A stretch of 64,000 bases of DNA, taken from Methanobacteriota archaeon. GTDB lineage: Archaea; Thermoplasmatota; E2; DHVEG-1. A model generated the notes under the pieces. The model ran no database searches, was not told the DNA's origin, and worked only from the letters and a program-made list of their open reading frames with translations. The stretch is taken from contig CAVYNH010000004.1 of NCBI GenBank assembly GCA_963769885.1, forward strand, positions 75,904-139,903. The letters are read 5' to 3'. Every line of letters starts with the position of its first letter. The first letter of the stretch is position 1. Position numbers and translations under genes: made by a program. Of this stretch, positions 58,862 through 64,000 are shown in pieces.

Positions 58862-59365
58862 TCACTTCATACGCTGCAAGACATCGTTGACTTTCTTCTT
58901 ATGCTCTGGGGTGGCACTGACCACTACGACCCCCCTATTCGGCAATCCATATATTATTGTTGCGCCTCCTGGCGCAAGCGCAATCGCGGCCAGCCCGGCA
59001 AGGTCCTCCTCGCCGTCGACCTCAATCCGCGCCGGGTACAGCTCCGGATGCCCAAACAGTCGCTCTAACGCCACCCATAGCTCATCCGAGATCGTCCCCG
59101 GCATGTTACGGACCTTGATGACGGTTTTCCCATACCTCGTGATCAGGTCTTTCATCTCCGCCGAGCATGGACGCCGCTCCAGGATAAAATCAACCACGCA
59201 GATACACGGATGGATCCCGGCGGACAAGACCGTGTACGTCACCCGGTCGCCAATAGACACAATACAGCGCTCGTTCCGAAGCAGATCGATCAACGCAGGA
59301 CCTGAAACCAGCCGGCCGATCGGCTCCTTGAGCTCCGCCTCAAGACTCTTTGGGAGGACGTACAT
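58862..59365 (-). CDS. DUF359-family protein (archaeal GTP-dependent dephospho-CoA kinase-like)
   Basis: 167 aa; position between rps24e and spt4 as in the conserved archaeal cluster; family call from memory of this neighbourhood plus size. Confidence 0.5.
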   Translation of the reverse strand: MYVLPKSLEAELKEPIGRLVSGPALIDLLRNERCIVSIGDRVTYTVLSAGIHPCICVVDFILERRPCSAEMKDLITRYGKTVIKVRNMPGTISDELWVALERLFGHPELYPARIEVDGEEDLAGLAAIALAPGGATIIYGLPNRGVVVVSATPEHKKKVNDVLQRMK

Positions 59366-59381
59366 AAACGCAAAAAAAACG

Positions 59382-59567
59382 TCAGCTGACCTTCAGGGCA
59401 TACTTCCCCGGCTTCGTGATGTTCATCTTCTTGGCGATCTGCGACCTCTCCGGGTTCAACACGACGACATACCCACGCCAGCGGTTCACGGTCTGCTCAG
59501 AACACGCGGGACACCGGTCCTTCTCCGTCAGCAGATGGCAGTTCTTACACGCATTGAGGGTTTTCAT
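59382..59567 (-). CDS. spt4: Transcription elongation factor Spt4 (RNA polymerase subunit E'')
   Basis: MKTLNACKNCHLLTEKDRCPACSEQTVNRWRGYVVVLNPERSQIAKKMNI (C4 zinc ribbon); ATG overlaps rpoE' stop (ATGA); track ORF 59382..59678 is over-extended upstream. Confidence 0.75.
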   Translation of the reverse strand: MKTLNACKNCHLLTEKDRCPACSEQTVNRWRGYVVVLNPERSQIAKKMNITKPGKYALKVS

Positions 59568-60199
59568 TTCGTCACCTCTTTCTCCCTCGCCTGCTTCTTC
59601 GCTGGCTCCTTCTCCTTGCCCGGCTCCTTCGCCTTGGCCTCCCGCGCCTCCTTCTTCTCCGCCTTCTCCTGCAACCACTCAAAACTGCCAAGCGTCGGCT
59701 GCCGCATCGTCAACCCAATCTTACTCTCACGCGACGACAACTCATTCAAACTCACCGCTACAATCCGCGCACGAATCGAATCACCGACCTTCAACACCCG
59801 CTTGGTCTCCTTCCCCTGGATCCGCCCCGCCTCCACGTCCACATCCACATAATCATTCATGATCTGACTCATATGCAGCAAGGCATCCATCGGCCCGATA
59901 TGACAGAACGCGCCGAACTCCACAATCTCACAGACCACCGCGTCCGTCAACTCCTGAAGAATCGGATTAAACGTCAACGCATCAAACTGCACCTTCTGAT
60001 ACATCCCCCCGTCACCATGAATGACAATCCCATCACCCATCCCCTCGATGTTATCAACGACGACGATCAAGCCATGCGACCGACGAATCGTCCCCTCAAA
60101 TGTCTTCTGCACGATATCACAGATCACCTCATCCAAATCCGCGCCAAAACGCTCAGGAGGCACCCGAATCGTGTCCTGCAAAGTCACCATCGTGTACAT
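59564..60199 (-). CDS. rpoE: DNA-directed RNA polymerase subunit E' (Rpb7-like, S1 domain)
   Basis: MYTMVTLQDTIRVPPERFGADLDEVICDIVQKTFEG...; start set at internal ATG matching the canonical N-terminus; K/E-rich C-terminal tail. Confidence 0.75.
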   Translation of the reverse strand: MYTMVTLQDTIRVPPERFGADLDEVICDIVQKTFEGTIRRSHGLIVVVDNIEGMGDGIVIHGDGGMYQKVQFDALTFNPILQELTDAVVCEIVEFGAFCHIGPMDALLHMSQIMNDYVDVDVEAGRIQGKETKRVLKVGDSIRARIVAVSLNELSSRESKIGLTMRQPTLGSFEWLQEKAEKKEAREAKAKEPGKEKEPAKKQAREKEVTK

Positions 60200-60345
60200 A
60201 ATAACCCTCTCACACAATTACAAACGAAATTTCGAAAAGGAATACCATCCACCCTTAAAACCCTTTGGGAACACCGCCCCCACCATCAAAGGAGAAAAAA
60301 CCATCCCAACAACACCCCCGACCCACCGTTCCTATCAGGGAGAAG

Positions 60346-60353
60346 ATTTATAA
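60346..60353 (+). promoter_or_regulatory. Candidate archaeal TATA box upstream of the rps6e-aIF2gamma operon
   Basis: tttataaa ~80 nt upstream of ATG 60431, followed by AGGAGAA RBS; position-based only. Confidence 0.3.
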
Positions 60354-60430
60354 AACATCTCTGATTCCACATCCATTAACAGCCAGGCCACCTCGGCATC
60401 CCGAACCAACCCGGCACACAGGAGAACTCC

Positions 60431-60850
60431 ATGGTAGAATTCAAAGTCGTCGTCAACGATCCCACAGACGGAAAATCCTACTCCATCCCAGTCAGCGGCC
60501 ACCACGCCAACTCCCTCATCGGCAAAAAAATCCGCGACGAAGTCGACGGCATCTTCGTCTCCCTCCCGGGCTACAAACTCACAATCACCGGCGGAACCGA
60601 CAAAGACGGATTCCCCATGCGCCACGACATCCCCGGCACCACACGCCGCCGCCTCCTCCTCTCCAAAGGACTCGGCTACCACCCCACCGAACGCGGTAAA
60701 CGCCAGAAAAAATCAGTCCGCGGCACCGTCATCAACCCCGAAACCGTTCAAGTCAACATGACCGTCACCAAACCTGGTGCCAAGCCCATCGTCGACCTCA
60801 TCACCACCGAAAAGAAAGAGGAGCCGGCCAAGGAGAAGAAGGCACCATAA
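60431..60850 (+). CDS. rps6e: 30S ribosomal protein S6e
   Basis: MVEFKVVVNDPTDGKSYSIPVSGHHANSLIGKKIRDEVDGIFVSLPGYKLTITGGTDKDGFPMRHDIPG. Confidence 0.8.
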   Translation: MVEFKVVVNDPTDGKSYSIPVSGHHANSLIGKKIRDEVDGIFVSLPGYKLTITGGTDKDGFPMRHDIPGTTRRRLLLSKGLGYHPTERGKRQKKSVRGTVINPETVQVNMTVTKPGAKPIVDLITTEKKEEPAKEKKAP

Positions 60851-62092
60851 ATGACCTTCCCTAAGCCCCCGGAAGTCAACATCGGCATGATCGGCCACGT
60901 CGACCACGGGAAAACCACACTGACACAGCGGCTCACCGGGAAATGGACTGACGTCCACTCTGAGGAAATAAAACGCGGCATCTCAATCCGCCTCGGCTAC
61001 GCGGACGCCGCCTTCTACAAATGCCCACACTGCGAACGACCCCAATGCTACACGACCCAGAAAACCTGCCCGCACACCAACGAACCCACGGAACTGCTCC
61101 GCGTCGTCTCCTTCGTCGACGCCCCCGGCCATGAGACCCTCATGGCCACCATGCTGTCCGGCGCGGCAATCATGGACGGCGCCATCCTCGTCATCGCCGC
61201 CAACGAGCCCTGCCCGCAGCCGCAGACTCGCGAGCACCTCATGGCCCTCGAGATCGTGGGCACCAAGAACATCATCATTGTCCAAAACAAGATTGACCTC
61301 GTCTCCGAGGCCGACGCGAAGAAGAACTACGAGCAAATCAAAGCCTTCGTGAAAGGCACCTGCGCAGAGAACGCGCCAATCATCCCCGTCAGCGCGCATC
61401 ATGATATCAACATCGACGCCCTCATCCAGACCATCGAGACTGTTATTCCTACACCGAAACGGAACTTCAACAAGCCCCCGTTGATGCACGTCGCACGAAG
61501 CTTCGACATCAACAAACCCGGCATCAAACCCAGCGAGCTTCACGGCGGCGTTGTCGGCGGCACCCTCATCCAGGGGACCCTCCTAATCGGGGAAAAGATT
61601 GAGATTGCGCCCGGCCGTAAGATCGAGGCCGAGGGCAAGTCGCATCTCGAGCCGATCTACACGACGGTCAGCTCCCTTGTCACTGGAGGAGAACCCGTGG
61701 ACAAGGCGCTGCCTGGCGGACTCTTGGCGATTGGGACGGAGCTGGACCCGGGGCTGGTGAAGTCGGATTCGTTCGCCGGCAAAGTCGTGGGGCGCCCCGG
61801 GGAACTGCCGCCGGTGGTCGACACCCTGACGCTGACGATGTGCCTGCTGAAGCGGGTCGTCGGCACAATCGACGAGAAAAGCGTCGAGCCATTGAAGACG
61901 AACGAGCCGTTGATGCTGACGGTCGGGACGGCGACAACGGTTGGTATTATCTCTGATTTGCGCAGCGACTGGATTAAGGTTCGGCTGAAGCTTGCCGTCT
62001 GCGCCGATAAGGGGCAGCGGATCGCGGTAAGTCGGCGTATTGAGGGGAAATGGCATTTGATCGGGTACGCGGAGATCAAGGCTACCGGGTAG
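60851..62092 (+). CDS. eif2g: Translation initiation factor 2 subunit gamma (aIF2-gamma)
   Basis: G1 motif [10 protein letters not shown], zinc-ribbon [30 protein letters not shown]; starts 1 nt after rps6e stop. Confidence 0.85.
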   Translation: MTFPKPPEVNIGMIGHVDHGKTTLTQRLTGKWTDVHSEEIKRGISIRLGYADAAFYKCPHCERPQCYTTQKTCPHTNEPTELLRVVSFVDAPGHETLMATMLSGAAIMDGAILVIAANEPCPQPQTREHLMALEIVGTKNIIIVQNKIDLVSEADAKKNYEQIKAFVKGTCAENAPIIPVSAHHDINIDALIQTIETVIPTPKRNFNKPPLMHVARSFDINKPGIKPSELHGGVVGGTLIQGTLLIGEKIEIAPGRKIEAEGKSHLEPIYTTVSSLVTGGEPVDKALPGGLLAIGTELDPGLVKSDSFAGKVVGRPGELPPVVDTLTLTMCLLKRVVGTIDEKSVEPLKTNEPLMLTVGTATTVGIISDLRSDWIKVRLKLAVCADKGQRIAVSRRIEGKWHLIGYAEIKATG

Positions 62093-62460
62093 TCGTCCTT
62101 GATAGTAGTGCGGCGTTGATGCCGTTTGAGTTTTCGATTGACCTTGAGGCTGAGTTGAAGCGCCTGTTGGGCGCGATTTTGATTGTCGTTCCATTATCAG
62201 TTGACAAGGAGCTGCGGTTGTTGGCGCAGCGTGAGACCGGTGAGAAAAAAGGGAAGGTGCAGGCGGCGTTGAAGCTGATTGACCGGTATGAGCGTGCAGG
62301 GGTGGAGGCGCTGTCTGCGGATGATGCAGTGGTGATGGTTGCGTTGAAGCGGAAGGGGGTGGCGGTGACGAACGATACGAAGCTGCGTCGTCGGTTGCGT
62401 GATGTTGGTGTGCCGGTGGTGTTTTTGCGGGGGAAGCAGCAGCTGGTGCTTGAGGAGTAG
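62050..62460 (+). CDS. PIN-domain protein
   Basis: [16 protein letters not shown]...[27 protein letters not shown] (acidic residues in PIN-like order); start uncertain (track ORF overlaps aIF2-gamma end by 43 nt). Confidence 0.5.
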   Translation: MAFDRVRGDQGYRVVVLDSSAALMPFEFSIDLEAELKRLLGAILIVVPLSVDKELRLLAQRETGEKKGKVQAALKLIDRYERAGVEALSADDAVVMVALKRKGVAVTNDTKLRRRLRDVGVPVVFLRGKQQLVLEE

Positions 62461-62521
62461 CGTTTGGTTTTTGGGGTCGAAAGTTATTAGAAGGCGGGTG
62501 GGTTTTCCGTGTGGTATTCCT

Positions 62522-62642
62522 GTCGGGGTGGCTCAGCCTGGCCAGAGCGCCTGACTCATAAGCGTAGCTTGAAAGGTTCGTACAATCGTTTCGGGCGAGC
62601 GAAGACATCTGGAGGTCGCGGGTTCAACTCCCGCCCCCGACA
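62522..62642 (+). tRNA. Intron-containing tRNA with CAT anticodon (Met or Ile2), ~45-nt intron
   Basis: Acceptor GTCGGGG/CCCCGAC, D-arm GCTC-AGCCTGGCCA-GAGC, anticodon loop CTCATAA, T-arm GCGGG-TTCAACT-CCCGC, discriminator A; ~45 extra nt after the anticodon loop. The 3' anticodon stem has a U-U mismatch in my fold, so the intron boundaries are uncertain. Confidence 0.5.
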
Positions 62643-62737
62643 TGCTATTTATTAGCATGGGTTTCTATCAGGAGAAAAATTCAATTTTTAATTTTTGAAT
62701 TGACGTTCAAATCCCATCGCTTGCACTTCATTCTTTT

Positions 62738-63787
62738 TTAGGGGGATCTGTAGCCGGGGATTTGGATTGAATCCACCCCAAATTCTTGTTCAAAAGATGG
62801 AAATTCATGCTTATTTTCGCGTTTCCAATTAGAGATTAGATTTAGAGTTTTAATACGCTCAAATTCTTTGAGAGTTATACCATCATTAAATGCAATTTCC
62901 TCACTAAAATCATGTTCAAGGACATAAGCAATCTTATCAATTTTTTCATACGAATATCCAATGATATACTCATCTCTTATACCTTTAAACATATCTGGAG
63001 AAGGAACTTCTTCTATTATCTCTGAGGGCACACCAAGAAAACGAGCAAGCTGGCGCACTTGGTTTTTGTAAAGCCCCAAAAGAGGTTCGATAGGAAGATC
63101 ATTTATCCCGTCTTTTACAAACCAGCCTACAAAAGACTCGGACCTATTAGCTGCCCCAATCAAAACCAGGTTTTGCTCTACGGCAAAATTCTCTAAGATT
63201 TTTCTTCTCCAAATGTGTCGAGTATTGAAACTTTTTTCAATAGTTCCAGCTAATGCGCTATAGAGTATTTTCGTAAGCTTATTCTTCGTTGGCTCCCCCT
63301 TCTTTGAAGTCAAAACAAAGGGACTTTCTCTAAAAACCAAGGAATAAATTATTTTAGATGAGAAAACACCCAATCTATTCAGCGCTGGAAAAAACAAGAT
63401 TGTTCTCATTACTGAGGGTTTGTAAGTACCCTGTTCTTTTACTACTGCACTGATATCTCTTATCTCGAAGTGTATACCCAGTTCGTCAGCAACTCTCTGA
63501 GCGTATTGCCTAAATTTCTTCTGACTATCTCGATTATATAAATGGAGCCCGTACACTTTCGAAGGATCCCTCATTGCTTTCACAGCTAATATTGAGACCA
63601 CTGCAGAATCCAACCCTCCACTTATTCCTATGCATATACCATCTTTTCCCGCTTCTGTGACCTTTTGTCGAATAAAATTAACAATGCTATTCGATACCTG
63701 TTCGCAGTCGATAGTCATTGAATCCATAAGACTCATCGGATCAGTCATTTCCTTTCTTTTATCATATTTTTCAACTATTGTGGACAT
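62738..63787 (-). CDS. nadE: NAD+ synthetase-like PP-loop ATPase
   Basis: GISGGLDSAV PP-loop motif; 349-aa track ORF (true start may be internal); AT-rich unlike the adjacent core block. Confidence 0.6.
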   Translation of the reverse strand: MSTIVEKYDKRKEMTDPMSLMDSMTIDCEQVSNSIVNFIRQKVTEAGKDGICIGISGGLDSAVVSILAVKAMRDPSKVYGLHLYNRDSQKKFRQYAQRVADELGIHFEIRDISAVVKEQGTYKPSVMRTILFFPALNRLGVFSSKIIYSLVFRESPFVLTSKKGEPTKNKLTKILYSALAGTIEKSFNTRHIWRRKILENFAVEQNLVLIGAANRSESFVGWFVKDGINDLPIEPLLGLYKNQVRQLARFLGVPSEIIEEVPSPDMFKGIRDEYIIGYSYEKIDKIAYVLEHDFSEEIAFNDGITLKEFERIKTLNLISNWKRENKHEFPSFEQEFGVDSIQIPGYRSP

Positions 63788-63866
63788 AATAATTATTTAT
63801 TGTAATTAGCAGATGGTTTTTTAAATTTAGACTCATCAAATCCAAGGGATTTATACCCATAGGTAC

Positions 63867-63884
63867 CAAATCCCGACAGGTCCG
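63867..63884 (+). repeat. 18-nt exact copy of the tRNA-Arg(CCG) 3' end, inverted relative to the gene at 57564..57637; candidate att-site remnant
   Basis: caaatcccgacaggtccg equals the reverse complement of 57564-57581 (T-loop 3' part, T-stem 3' strand, acceptor 3' strand, discriminator). Confidence 0.5.
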
Positions 63885-64000
63885 CTTCACTCAACTAATG
63901 AAAGAATCTCTTTTTCTCCCTTGGTGTACGACCGATAGAATTGAAGTACGACGATGCTTGCGAATAGCACCATCGTCATTACCGCCCATGGGATCACATA

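Noticed and set aside
1-64000. CRISPR array
   Set aside because: No series of regularly spaced identical 24-40-bp repeats with unique spacers was seen; the repeated elements found are ~110-bp dispersed copies or short tandem repeats.

Overview
The window reads as an archaeal chromosome segment with mosaic composition. GC-rich blocks carry core genes: a conserved information-processing cluster at 57.7-62.5 kb (nitroreductase, rps27ae, rps24e, DUF359, spt4, rpoE', rps6e, aIF2-gamma, a PIN-domain protein, an intron-containing tRNA(CAT)), a giant secreted multidomain surface protein, and a secreted alpha/alpha-toroid protein with a DUF4430 partner. AT-rich blocks look horizontally acquired. They hold an OLD-family ATPase/Toprim nuclease divergent from a hook-less SbcD/SbcC-like pair, an IS110-family element inserted into one copy of a ~110-bp intergenic repeat, a zinc-ribbon SIR2-like protein coupled to a small unknown ORF beside an HEPN-motif protein, a TIR-domain protein next to an intact tyrosine recombinase, a DUF692-like TIM-barrel cluster with a PIG-L deacetylase, and a second integrase abutting the 3' end of tRNA-Arg(CCG). 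Mobile-element scars are frequent: IS5-like and IS200-like transposase remnants, two integrase fragments that overlap at the same point of the intact paralog, and an 18-bp inverted copy of the tRNA-Arg 3' end. No CRISPR array or rRNA was found. All calls come from reading the sequence and translations by eye; no database search was run, so family names are motif-based. Coordinates of features I derived myself (not in the ORF track) may be off by 1-2 nt, and several short track ORFs in AT-rich regions were left unannotated.
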